Shown: in pieces, positions 12,453 through 25,225 of the stretch | How the letters are laid out: every line of letters starts with the position of its first letter | Numbering within the stretch: position 1 is the first letter of the stretch | Assembly (NCBI GenBank): GCA_013265495.1 | Contig: MU058384.1 | Location: 433,622-497,621, forward strand | Direction: 5' to 3' | Length of the DNA: 64,000 nt | Origin: Vicugna vicugna | Taxonomy: Eukaryota | Notes under the pieces: model-generated | What the model saw: only the letters and a program-made list of their open reading frames with translations | Told to the model about the DNA's origin: nothing | The model's database searches: none | Made by a program: the position numbers and the translations under genes

Positions 12453-14759
12453 TGTATGTACTAATGACTTGAGAAGTGATAACCCAAGCCTGGGCTATTT
12501 GCCCACGTAGAGGGAAACAGCATACAAAGGAGAGAACCCCACCTACATTCTCTGTAATCCTACCATTATGTTTTATTTCAATTGGAATCACAAATAATTT
12601 TCTTCTAGACTCCTGGTGAGTTGCCAGATAGAGTTCACATCAAACATACTACCTAACACGTGGGTCTTTAGGCATATTCATGTACTTATACAACTTTCTA
12701 TTTTACATTCTATATTAACTATACATAATAATAAACAATAATTTTCCAGCATTTCTCAACCAGAAATGGGATAATTACCATATTTTTTGCAGTAGAAAAC
12801 ACAGAGAGCCTTTAAGAGCATGAATATTCACCTAAACCCAGTCTTTCATAAAAAGCATTAATACACATGCATGGTATAAAACTACAAAGCTCTGAGGTCA
12901 GGGTTCAGGTCCATCTAAATCCTTATTGCTGTTGAGAGATTGATGTAAATATTACCTCAGTGATGGAAGGGATAATATAATAGAGTTGATCTTTTAATTT
13001 TTTTTTTTTTACCATTTTGGAAAGTTTTAAAATCAGTTTTAAAACACTTAAAGGTGACTATTAGAACCTGTGGTTAAAATGACATGGTAATAAGAGCTAC
13101 GTGTGAGTGAGCTTAATGATGGTAATTGACTTAATGAGGCAGGAATGCCTGAATCCTGCCTCAAATAAGCAAATCTGCCGCCCAGAATCCTGAGGGGAAT
13201 TCATGCACGGAGGATCAAGACAACCAAAATAATACTTTATTATTTTATTGAGTGTACTCAAAAATTCTATTTAGATCTTGAACAAATTAGGATGGGCACC
13301 CACTTCAATGACTTTAATATCCATTCCAGGGTGTCTTTAGGAGCTGCTTGAATAATGAGAGTTGTAAAGTTTGCCTTAACTATTTTCCTAGGACTTCCAA
13401 AACCATATGTACCCTCATGATGAGAAGAATGTTGGTCACTAGCCTAGGATCTGGGTGGGGGCAAAGCAGGATGGAAGAGGAGTATGAGGAGAGAGATTGA
13501 AAGAGGTAATCTGCCTCAATACTACAGTCAATCATCTTGGGCCGCACAGAAGGCTAGAGCCAGATGTTAAGTAGACCAGGGTGGAGGCCCCGTATAATTT
13601 TGTATTTCTCTAGATAGTTAGAAGGAAGAGATTTAGAAAGGTTTCCCCAATTAATCTTATAAATGACTGCCTAACATCAGGTTTTTGCATCTTTTATCTG
13701 GTTTCCTGTATTTTCAGACTTCTTTGAAAACCACCCTTGATGTAATGGGGTGCAGCCAGGGTTCTGTAATATGAGAGCAATGCCTGCTATCTTTGAACAC
13801 TGAAAAGGGAAAGAGATGATAAAGAACTTTTTTTGACCTAGTCCCAGAGAATTTCTTCCCTGTATCATTATTGGAATTATTTTAGTGAGTCAGATCTTTT
13901 AAGTGCCCATTTGAGCAGGAAAATGCAGGCAGTCAAAAAATCACTGCTCAAATTTTTGATGACACTTCCTGAATCTTTGTTGCTGTCCCTCTGTAACCTT
14001 CTCATAGTAGCCCTGACATACGTGGGCTCAAAACCTTTTGATTATCCCTCTGTAGTATCTCTAGAAGCTTCTGAATTGGTTCACAACAACACAGTTTGAA
14101 CACAAGGCCACATTACACAGCATGCCACAGAGCAACCATTCTGTTTCCCTCCTGAGTTCAGCTCAGCTGAGTTGTTCAAGCAAGCTCACCAATCCCCGAC
14201 CCTGCCCTGGACAGACAGAAGTGAAGGTTTTAAAATTAAATCATTCCACTCTTCTAATCACATCAATTTAAAATTCAGATTCCAAAATTTCTCCACTCTT
14301 GCCCCAGATCAGAAGGGGTCTGTGTAAGAATAGACGCAAAGCCCTCGGCTGGTGATGTCACTGAAACAGGATGCCAGTGCAGAACCCCTCCCCCACCCCA
14401 AACTCTCACAGGTCCCACTTTCCCAAGAGTTTTCAGAAATACACATTGTGGGGCTTATAAAACCAGCCGTTGATTCACAACTACAGAACACACAAACAAG
14501 TTCCCAAAATATTACCTCTTTAAAGTTTACAATCCAAGTGTAATCCCTTAATGCAGTCCTGCCTGAGCAAGAAGAACAGTTCTAAGTTCCAAAACACATT
14601 AAAGATTATGTTATGTTGTTTTTATTAGCGATAAGCTATAAAGGAAACAATGTTATCTGTAAGAAAGAGGTAGAAAGTAAATGAGGTAATCATAATTCTT
14701 GGTTCACAAGGGACCATTTTCATTGGTCCATATATGTCCATATTATGTTCTATGAATTT

Positions 14760-15194
14760 TGTTATGGATTTAATTTCATACCCCTAAAATTCTTATGTTG
14801 AAGCTCTAACCACTCGTGCTTTACAACGTGCTATTCTTTGCAAATAGAGTTATTGTGCAGATGTAATTAGCTAAGGTGAGGTCATACTGGAGTGAGCTGG
14901 GCCACAGTCCAATACACTGATTGATAAAAGGGGCAGTGTTAGAGACAGACATGCATGCAAGGAAAATGTCATCTGAAGATAAAGGCAGAGATTGAGGTGA
15001 TGCTTCCTTAAGCTAAGGAATGCCAAGGGTTTTCCAGCAAACCACCAAGAGACCAGATTCTCCTTACAGCTCACAGAAAAACCAATCCTGCTAACATCTT
15101 GATCTCAAACTCCTGCCCCTAGAACTGAGAACTATTTCTTTTAAGCCATTCAATTTCTGATACTTTGTTATGGCAGCCCTAGTAAATGAATACA
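14760..15194 (+). mobile_element. MaLR solo LTR, MLT1C-like, near full length
   Basis: TG...CA termini ('tgttatggatttaattt' ... 'tactttgttatggcagccctagtaaatgaataca'), internal 'gatgtaattagctaaggtgaggtcatactggag'; flanks AATTT/AATAT fit a degraded 5-bp TSD. Confidence 0.9.
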
Positions 15195-15274
15195 AATATT
15201 TGTAGTTTATTTCCTTACCTGTTTGTTTTTAATCATCAAATAAGCACTCATAAAAACATCAGCCATATTGTTCA

Positions 15275-15657
15275 AAGAGGTGAGACTACACTAAAGTAAC
15301 AAACAACATCAAAACATTAAATTCTTATAAAAAAGAAGTTTACTTCTTGTTTATACTTTCTGTCCATTGGGGATTGGCTGGGTTTCTGCCCCACCTCACT
15401 CAGTGAGATCCCCCCTCCTCATTCAGGTATACAGCAAAGTGGCCATCTACAATGTGACAGTTTGCTACAGCAAGAAGAAAAGAGATGGTAATTCACACAT
15501 TGTCTCTTAAAGCTTCCCTCTGGATGGGACACATAGCATGGCATTGGCCAGCGAAAGTCACGTGGTCTCATATAATTTCAGTAGGCAAGAAAAAATTCCT
15601 ACAATGTGCTCAAAAGGAAGAGAACTAAAATAAAACTGAAGAGTCTAATAATTGCCA
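15275..15657 (-). mobile_element. MaLR solo LTR, MLT1J-like
   Basis: 'gtaacaaacaacatcaaaac', 'tctcttaaagcttccctctgga', 'cattggccagcgaaagtcacgtgg'. Confidence 0.65.
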
Positions 15658-15684
15658 GTTGAAACCAAAGCCAGTCTATTACCA

Positions 15685-15850
15685 ATAGCTTGTATCACCA
15701 TAATCCTGTTTTAGAACATTTCCATGTCCCCAAAAGACCCCTTAATCACCTTCGCAGTCAATCCCCTCCCCCAGCTGAAACAACCAGCTTTCTATCTCTG
15801 TAAGACTGCTTTTCTTGACATTTCATGTAAATGGAATCATATAATACGAA
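15685..15850 (-). mobile_element. L1M 3' UTR fragment
   Basis: 'ttttagaacatttccatgtccccaaaagaccc...gacatttcatgtaaatggaatcatataata'. Confidence 0.7.
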
Positions 15851-16029
15851 GTCTAGCTTCAAATAACTTTATCTTTACATAAACTGTAAAATCTTTACAA
15901 TATAATTTTTATCTGTTGCTTTATTAGCATAAAATTTTATTTCTGTATCAGTGAAAAACTTCAACATACATTTGTATTTTTAGTTTTTATGAATCAATTA
16001 TCCCTTATATTTTAAAATGGAAAATGTCA

Positions 16030-16860
16030 TATCAAACTATATGAAGAATTACTATAATTCAAAATAAGAAATTTCTCAACTCAGTTTTAAAAATTAACAA
16101 AAGACTTGAGCAAACACATTACAGAATGAAATGACACAAAACACTTTACAAACAAAAACACCACCAATGGCCAAGAAGCACATAAAAAGATACTGAAAAT
16201 CATTAACAGGAAAATTTAAGTGAAAACAAAAATGAGTTACCTTTACACAACCAAGCTAAATTTTGTTATTTCAAGTGACAAATCCAAGTGTTAGCAAGGA
16301 TATAGATAAACTGGAACTCCCATTCATAACTGGTAAGAGTATCTTAAAAAGTAATATGTATATTTACTGTACTTCCTAACAATTCTAAATATTTACATCC
16401 CCTGTGAAAATGTATGTACACACACTTACATGCAAATGTTCATGGCATCTTTTTTCATAGTGGCCAACAACACTAAATAACCTAAATGAGTATCAACTGG
16501 TAAACGGATAACAAACTGTGGCATATGAGTATAATGAAATACACTTCACTGATATAAAGGAATAAATCATTGATATGTGTAACAATAGGGATGAGTCTCA
16601 AAAAGATTATGACGAGCTTAAGAAATCAGACACAAAAGGCTATATTCTGTGTGTGTCAATTCATAGGAAGTTCTAGTACATACAAAACAAGTCTAAAGTG
16701 ATGTAAATCAGATCAATAGTTGCCTGAGGTGATGGATATGTTCTGCATCTTGGTTGTATGGTGATTATGTGGGTAAATACATTTGTCAAAACTCATTGAG
16801 CTATATAGTTCAAGCAGATGCGTTTTATTGTATGCAAAATAGACTTCAATATAATTGATT
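16030..16860 (+). mobile_element. L1ME/L1MB-type ORF2 end and 3' UTR
   Basis: 'caatggccaagaagcacataaaaagat', 'ccaagtgttagcaaggat...aactggaactc', 'catttgtcaaaactcattgagct...ttttattgtatgcaaa'. Confidence 0.85.
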
Positions 16861-17049
16861 GGAAAATGTCTTTTGTCCCTAATCACCCTGTATGACCCAC
16901 TAATAATCAACAAGGAATATTCACAGCCTCCATCGTTAATGCAGTTATGTGTGTGTATATTTCACTTCCTCCTTAATGTTCTGACTTCTAGAATTCAGTT
17001 AGTCTTCTAAATAGGACTTTTCCTTCCTTTTCAGTTTAATTTAAACCTT

Positions 17050-17370
17050 ATAAAGGAGTAATATAAGGGAATCTTGTGGTGACCGAACATGTCTGTATCT
17101 TGACTATAATGGTAGACCCATAAACATACACATGTGATAATAGTCTACAGAATTATACACACACACAAATGAGTACAAGTAAAACTGAGGAAATCTAATA
17201 GATCAGTAGATTACATTAATATACTGGTTCTGATTTTATAGTACGATTTTTCAAGATGTTAGCATTGGGGGAACATGGGTAAAAAGTGTATGGGGTCTCT
17301 CTGTTTCATTTATTACAACTGCATGTGAATCTACAATTATCTCAAAGTAAAACATTTAGTTAAAAAAAAA
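17050..17370 (+). mobile_element. L1MC/L1MD-type 3' end with poly(A)
   Basis: 'aaatgagtacaagtaaaactgaggaaatct', 'caactgcatgtgaatctacaattatctcaaagtaaaa' and a terminal A run. Confidence 0.85.
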
Positions 17371-19861
17371 TCTGTTCCAAGAAAATCAGTTTTTGTTCAC
17401 TAAAAATATCCTACATTGACTTCTCCTGCTGACTGCGTTTCTTACACTATACCTTTGGCAATATGATTTATAAAACCAGGAATTTCTAAAGACAAATTTC
17501 CTTTAATGAAAATTTCACTTTGGAGTTATAAAAATCTCATTTTGTTCTCCTTGATATTGTTCCTAAAAGCTGTATTTATTCTGATGTCGCATTGTATTTT
17601 TTCTACTCACAGTCAAAGTTCACTGTGGTTTAACTCGCAGCTAGGACCCTGGAATCCATGGCAATAATCTAGACTTATTCAGTAGGTAAACAAGAACCAT
17701 TTAGGGAGCATGTGTAATAATGGGTCAAGAGAGTCTCCAGATATGCCACCCATGTCATGTTTCTCCCCTCTACCATAGATGTGGTTCATAACAAGGTAAA
17801 ACATTGGAGTGCTGGATTCCAGGAGGCCTGGGATCCTCTCCATGCCCTGATCCCATTATATCATAGTCAAGATAGAAGACCTCTGCTGGGCCCAGTGTTC
17901 TTGGGGTTAGACTCACTGCACAGGCAAACATCATAGCTGTTAGATGTAGTCTTTCTCACTCATCTATTTTGCAGGAGTGGGAAGGACACCAAGGATGGTT
18001 TCAAATAGCTGTCATCTTTGCCTTTTTTTTAGATGCATTTTGCTTTCCCAAATATAAGCTTAATACAGGTTTATCCACCCAGAGAGGGAGATAAACTGCT
18101 CCTTAGCTTTTTAAATTTATCCTGTGATGTTTTTCTTTCTAAAATGGAAGTTTCAGGGGAAAAAATCTGGTGGGAAATTCTGAACTCATGACACTAAAGG
18201 AAAGTCAGTGAACTTACCAAGCCTCTAGGAGAAGATTCAGATCCTCATTTTCTTAAGATTAATCACTTTTGAGTAGAATCAGAGATTGGAGGAGAGATTT
18301 TTCTTATGCTTTGTTGTTAACTGGAAATTCCAAATACTCATTGGTACAACCCCTAAGAGAGCCCAGTCCAGTTACTGTCAAAGTGACTGTGGCTAAAAGC
18401 TCTTCCAGCTGTTACCAAAGATAGTTAATCTTCAGCCCTCTTCTACCTTTGTCCACTAACTGCTAGCCATTCTTTCTATTCTGTTCTCTTTTTGCTACTG
18501 TCTATTATTTTTATGAAGCAAACCAAAGGCTTTGCAGTGTTAACGACTTCTCCCAGGAGTTGAGGGGACCTGTTCTAAGTCTTTGCTCACTTGCTGTCGT
18601 ATCCAGGGAATATACCTTTAAACAAATGGACCTCACTTTCATTTATATTTCTTATTACAAAGGAATTAAATTGTTATAAATCCCTAGAATGACTTCTTAT
18701 ATCCCTAACCCTAAATGTAGCATTTTGTGAAGCAGCCACTAAGTTAGTGCTGCCTTCCTCAGTAAAAGTCTTTGGATCCAAAATCTCTCAAAAACCTATT
18801 CAGTCTCACTCTGTTAATTTAATTTTATGATTTTTTTCTATGCTCTTTAAATAGTAAATGTCTAAGTTTGAACAGTGATTTTAGCCTTAGGAGCTAATCA
18901 ACCACCTGAGAATCAAGAACTCTGGTTTTTAATTTCCTTTCTTTGACTAACTTGCCAAAATTGTAGGATAATCACAAATTCCAGTTACATCAAATTCTGC
19001 CTTAAGTAACTCAGGGTTAATAATACAGTTAGGATTTAGTGAGGTGGAACTAATGGATTTGAATATGTTTCAATGATAAAATATCACATGGAGATATTTA
19101 GAAATAGGCATATCATCCTACTGAACCACATTTCTAAACAAGTAAAATGTTTATTGAAACCTGAAACTTATCTTCATAATTGTGTTTATTCTGTTTCTGA
19201 ATCCTGCAGCTTTCAAAATTTTTATTCTTTTCATGAATAGGTTAGGAACAAGTAAAATTACAGCAACCTTACCACTGTTCATATGGAAAACACCTCTGAA
19301 GACTAAACAGCAAATGAGGCCTAAAATGAACAGTCAGCTTAAGCCCAGCAGGGAAGTTCCTCAGAGAGGCACAGATTTGGGAACTAACACTTTTCCATTT
19401 GCTGTATCTCTACGGAGGTGTAAATTTCTAGGAAAGGCACAGGGACTGCTTAAATGGGAAAACCTGCAGAGCAAAGAAAATTCTACACCCCTGGTCATCT
19501 CAAACTCCATCCTTTTCATGCACCAGAACCTCTGATTTCCTATCAGAGTTCTCTGCCTGTCAAGATTACATATCTCATTAGGCTACTTATTACAGAACCT
19601 AAATAGACCACTGCTCTATCAGCTTTTTATGAGAAAATGGATAATTTCTTCTGTCAGCCAGGTTTATAAAAGTGCAAGCTCCTGGAGTTGTAACTGTGGA
19701 CGGAAGGAGCAGTGTTGATTCCAACAGAACGTTGAACAATGCAAGTCAAAAGGCTGCTCTCCGATTTTTTTTTCCTTAATTCAAAGCGTATAAAAAATCA
19801 CCTGCCAGTTAACTGCTAGCCCTTTTTTTCTGTTAGACATTCAGCCATTACTGTTCATGAC

Positions 19862-20900
19862 AATAATGATAACAATGACTGACCTACAATTTATTCAACA
19901 TATAGGACATGTGAGACACAGGACTCTATGTTTTCTATATGTAATATCTGATTTTCATTTTCGCAACTACCTACCATGTGAGATATTTTTTCAAGGCTTA
20001 TTAAATAATCTTTTTTAATATTTCAGTTTTTCATGTAGCTTTTCCACATAGAGCCTGTCCCACAGTTTTTTTTTTTAATTTTTTATTGAAGTTTAGTGGG
20101 TTTACAATGTTAGTTTCAGGTGTACAGCAAAGTGATTCAGTTATACATATACATACATATATATTTTTTTCAGATTATTTTCCATTATATGTTACTACAA
20201 GAAATTGAGTATAGTTCCCTGGGCTATACAGGAAGACCTTGTTGTTTGTCTATTTTATGTAGAGTAATGTGTGTTTGTTAATCCTCAACCCCTAATTTAT
20301 AGCTCCCCACCCTTTCCACTTTGATAACCATAAGTTTGTTTTCTATGTCTTTGAGTCTGTTTTTGGTTTGTAAATATAATTTTTATCATTTTTATAAGAT
20401 TCCATATATAAGTGATATCATATGATATTTGTCTTTGTCTGTCTGACTTACTTCACTGGATATAATAATCTCTAGGTCCAACCAGGTCGCTATAAATGGA
20501 ATTATTTCATTCTTTTTTGTTTTTTGAGGGGGAGGGAAATTTCATTCTTTTTTATGGCTGAGTAATATTCGTGTGTGTGTGTGTGTACATACATACATCA
20601 TCTTTATACAGTCATATTGTTGATGGACATTTATCATAGGATCCAGTAATCTCACTCCTGGGCACATATCTGGAGAAAACTATAATTTGAAAAGACGCAT
20701 GTACCACAATGTTCATAGCAGCACTGTTTAGAATAGCCAAGACATGGAAACAACCATGTGAGATATTTTTATTCTCATCTTATATATGAAAATGTTGAAG
20801 CTTAGGGACTGGAGTAACTGCTTAAGGTAACACAACAAATAAGTTGTGGTCCTACATAAAAAAGTCAACTCTCTCTAAATCCAAAGTCCATCTTACTCCT
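19862..20900 (-). mobile_element. MIR SINE split by an L1 insertion (pieces about 19862-19990 and 20753-20900)
   Basis: Antisense MIR core 'attctcatcttatatatgaaaatgttgaagcttaggga...agtaactgcttaaggtaacacaac' continues the left piece across the TSD. Confidence 0.75.
19991..20752 (-). mobile_element. Relatively young 5'-truncated, 5'-inverted L1 with 18-bp TSD
   Basis: TSD accatgtgagatattttt at 19973-19990 and 20753-20770. Poly(T) 20066-20076, antisense L1 3' end to 20633, sense L1 segment 20634-20752. Confidence 0.92.
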
Positions 20901-21828
20901 TCCCTTGCAATTACCATGACTTTTCGTTAAAAGATGCTGTAGTAATGCATTAGTCATACTTCAGTGTTGGCCTGGGGATGAGATATTCTGAGAGGGGGGA
21001 TAACTCCAGTTTTCTTGACATAGAGTCTAGAATTTCATAACCGTGCATTATGTAAATGGCATCATTAGAAATCTCTTTGAAAAGACAAAAACTAGTTATT
21101 CCCAGATGAGTGAGAGTAAATGTCAGCTCCCTTTTCTCCAACAGCTGTGAATTACTGGTGGGTATGGAGTGAGCATTTTAATAGTGAAGGTTACATACCA
21201 AGATAAGGGAAAACTGAAGTAGGTAGGAAGCTTTCTATCCCAAGTCCGTGTTTTTCCATTTCTCTGCTTGTCTTTCAGACCTCTAATTATGCTCCCATAG
21301 TTTCTAACTTCCACTCCCACCTCTCCCTCCCTACTCTCCATAATTCCTTCCTGCCTCCTCCCCACTCCTTTCTTTCCTCATTTCCTCCTTCTGACCTCAA
21401 AGTCATGAATATTGTTGTCAAAGTCAACAGTCTATACAGTGTGTCTGCTTAGGTTTGCATGTTTAAGTTTATTTTATTTTGAGTAGAAATTTGAAGACTT
21501 AATTATCTTTTTGACCTGTCAGGGATGGCATTAAGACATCAAGATTGGCCAAAAGGAGGTCTCTGTTTGTTTGCTTTGCTGGTAGATTGGTTTCAGTAGC
21601 CTTCTCGGAAGTCCTTAAATCACACTTTTTTCTCTGTAAAATCAGACTGGAGAACAACAAATAAAAATATTTTTTGAGACTTTAAGTGATTAAGGAGACT
21701 TGCTAAGGGTGGATAAAAGGTAAGTTGGCATTGTGGAAGCATGTGTGCTGATCCTTGACCTCATCCTTAAGAACACTAGGTTTCTGATGTTTAAATATTT
21801 GCCAATATGATAAATGGCAAATCACAAC

Positions 21829-22052
21829 CAGGTCCACAGATTTTTTCTTTCTGCAAGGGCCAGAGAGTAAATCTTTTCAGCTCTGAGAATCATAAGGTCT
21901 CCATCGTGTCTTCTTAACTCTGCCATTGTACCAAGAAAGTAGCTAAAAGCAATGTATAAATAAATGATCATGGTTCTGTTGCCATAAAATTTTATTTACA
22001 AATTGGGTAGAAAGCCAGATTTGGCCCAGAGGGTGTAATCTTCTGACTTCTG
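21829..22052 (+). mobile_element. MER58A-like hAT/Charlie non-autonomous DNA transposon
   Basis: 'ttttctttctgcaagggccagagagtaaatctttt', 'aactctgccattgtaccaagaaagtagc', 'aaattttatttacaaa...gccagatttggccc'. Confidence 0.85.
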
Positions 22053-22289
22053 TTCTAGACTTTCTTTCACCCTTCACTGCCTATATCTAACCAATTACCA
22101 TATTTTAAATAATCTACCTCTAACAGGTATAATCCATTCTCCTCCTTCTTTTCTAGGCACTTATGTGACATTTATTGAGTTAATGTCTATTAACTATCTT
22201 ATTTAAAGTTCTTACCACCTGTAAATTGTTCTACTATCCTCATTATGAAGCTTAGAAAGGTAAGTGACCTGTCCCACCACCATGTAGCT

Positions 22290-22930
22290 GTTAAGTAATT
22301 GGACTGTATCTTTAACAGTCTCTTCTCTAATCTCCAGTCTGATGTCTTTGCGTAGGTTCTCAGCATGCCTGCCCATCTGCACAAGGCTGCTGGAGTGATT
22401 AACTAAATCCCAAATATAATCAGGTTTCTCACTTGATTAAAAGTCCTCAACAAACTGGCCTTGTTTCTAGTACCTATCCAGCTTTCCTATAGCAAGAACC
22501 CACTCATCCTCACACATTCTCCTCCATCCAATGTACGTGCACATGCACATGCCCACGCGCGCACACACACACACACACGCACATATACATTCACACAGTT
22601 ACACTTAGATCTCAGCCATATCAAACTCCTTTAAGTCCTATAAACACATAAAAGGGTTTCCATTCACCATGGGTTTTGCTCAGGATGCTGTCAACACACC
22701 CTCTTCCCAGTCTCCTTCACTTACCCCTTTATTATTCTGTCTTTCAGGGTGTTTCTAATATTCCTCTAAGAAAAAGTTCTTGACACAGTTCAGTTGAACA
22801 TTATCTCTCTCATTCTGAGTGTTTTTCTCTTAATACATTGTGTGATATGTTTGTTTTACTCTGCACTATTTTTGGTGTCTTTTTATTGTCTGTCTTTCTA
22901 CCATATAGGGGGCTATTTGAGAAGGAATTT
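22290..22930 (+). mobile_element. L2 fragment containing a (CA)n-type repeat at about 22533-22590
   Basis: 'ctgcacaaggctgctggagtgatt...atcaggtttctcacttgattaaaagtcctcaa' and 'gggttttgctcaggatgctgtc'. Confidence 0.55.
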
Positions 22931-25225
22931 GACTAATCATTATGTGACTAGACATGTTACACAATTTGCAAGAGAGTAGAAAGTAATGCAGTTTTGAGAA
23001 GAAACAAGAAAGGGTGCCGTATATGAACTGTGCTTATTCAAAAATGTATATTAGATGCTTGTAAATATGAAAGTATACCTTGATGATAAAGGGCATGGAT
23101 AGACACAGTTTGACAGTCTTGCTTTTTGTTTCGTTTGTGGAGGAGAAGGAGAGCTATAATGTGAGAGACATGCATTATGATCTAAACAATGCCACTTTCA
23201 TAGGGTCGGATCTGTGATACATGGATTGCTCTGTAATAAAAATTTGATCTAGAGAAAATGAGACTAGCCATATCCTTAGTATTATAAGATCATTTCTTCA
23301 AGCCAAATCAGAACATTATATTAAATAAAATGTTCAAAATACTGCATTCTAGGATCATTCAAAAACTCATGATAATTATGACCATAATTTAGAAAGTCAA
23401 CTGTTAGAATTATTCTCAAGTACAGATTAAGAATAAAAATCTAGGCAATAGGACTATAATAACAAATGAAACGGCCTTTGAAAGCTTTAAAATGTTTATA
23501 AAAAATTATACTGAAAAAATAATTAAGTATATAAAAGCACAAAGTGGTTTTATATTATTTAGGACAAATGTATTCATAGTTTATAAAAATAAAACAAACT
23601 CAAAAATAAAACTCTGATATTACAAAGTAACCTTGAGCCTCACATGTTAATTTGGAAGTTCTCCCAATTAGACTGTAACCTTGGCTGAGGCAGCCACATA
23701 AAGGCAAATGATCATCTTCTATAAAGTTGGCAAAAAGCAGTCATAGTCCTGCCCCTTACAAGACTCTGAAATAGTCCATGGGGATGAGTGAGTTAGGAAA
23801 AGGAAGCTTGTGTGTGAATTTACCTGAGAATAGTGTTTACTAATGAACTATTCCAAACACATTAGTGGCCCGAGGGAGTCTTCTCCATGTCTCAGAAGTA
23901 TCAGGTTTGATAGCTAACACACTTCACTCGTGACAGTTGTAAAATGATCCCAGTCCACAGTCCTGTCTCCTAACAAGGATGCAAGGAATCCCCCAGAGAC
24001 AGTTAGGAGATAAACTTGTGCCTCAGACTTCATAATTTCCGAGAAGCAAAGAAGACAGAAATAAAGTCAAGGGACCTATAGGTCTTGATTTATTAAAATT
24101 AGTTGAGAGTTTGGTGGGCCAGCCTTCAGATTAGTAAAGAATTTTGTTTTGTCTTTGATTTGGATAATAGTGAGGACTCAGTTCCATATCTCATGAATGA
24201 GAACATACCTGAGTTCACTATATGTAATGCTGTGACTGAGTCCATTGCTGTTTATCAATGACCAACAGGTAGTAAAACAGGAGACAATAACTATACATGG
24301 TTTCCATATACATGACTTAATCTAAAGAAAACATGGAAAATGACCTTGAGGTTTGTTGGTAAATCTGTTAAAATCTCCATTGACATTTCTTATTTTCACA
24401 TTAGAAAAAAAAAAATCTGTTCAGGGTCAATACATGAAGCAAAACCTAACCTCTAAACCCGTGCTTCTTAAGCTATGCAAAGAAACTCAGCGAGATGCCA
24501 CATGATATCTTAAATGTTCAGAAGAAACACAGATGTAATCATAAAAACTACTAGAGCATTAGATTTTGCTACATTCATTTTGATGACATCATGTCTTTAC
24601 AAAGATGGATTTAGATGGTTGCTGTTAGGGTAAGCAAGTACTGCAGGGAAAGAGGATGGTGCTCTTCAAAGTTTGAAAAGTTACACAGTGCCCAATTTGT
24701 GCACACATCCTACTAGCAAATAATTGCCTTTTTGAATTGTGCCCCTGGCGTCAATGTTTGTTATGCCTGAGAACAATACAAGATGCTAATTGTGTTCTCT
24801 GCTTAATTGAAGTGAATATCGCTTTCCTAATAAAGTGACTCAACTAGGCAACTATAGAAACAACATTCAGATAGGGTCAGTCAAAACAAATGCAATCTTT
24901 TTTCAGGTATTAATAACTTTATTTTCTGGTTTGTAAATGTATTTGGGACCCAGAATAACAGGAAGAATGGTTTTGGTTGAGTAATCTCGGCAAGAATAAG
25001 AACTATGAAACAACACATGTTTCTTTTACACATACTCTACCTAACAAAAATTTCCCTACGATTTCAGTGAGTGTTGAACGTTTATCTTCCCTACGCTAGA
25101 AAAACCCTAGAATGTATTGCCACCTGTTGAGATACTTTTGAATAAAGCAGCAGGGGATTGCCGAGAGTCTCAAACCCTGTAATAGATTTCAGGGGACAGA
25201 GGTGCCCCTGTGAGAGGCACAGGAA

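Noticed and set aside
12609..12615. 7-nt microexon (ttcttctag|ACTCCTG|gtgagt)
   Set aside because: Splice-like motifs are present, but the length is not a multiple of three, no host gene is evident, and such pairs occur by chance.
23600..24330. Possible ERV internal fragment
   Set aside because: Only a vague compositional impression, with no recognisable gag/pol/env motif.
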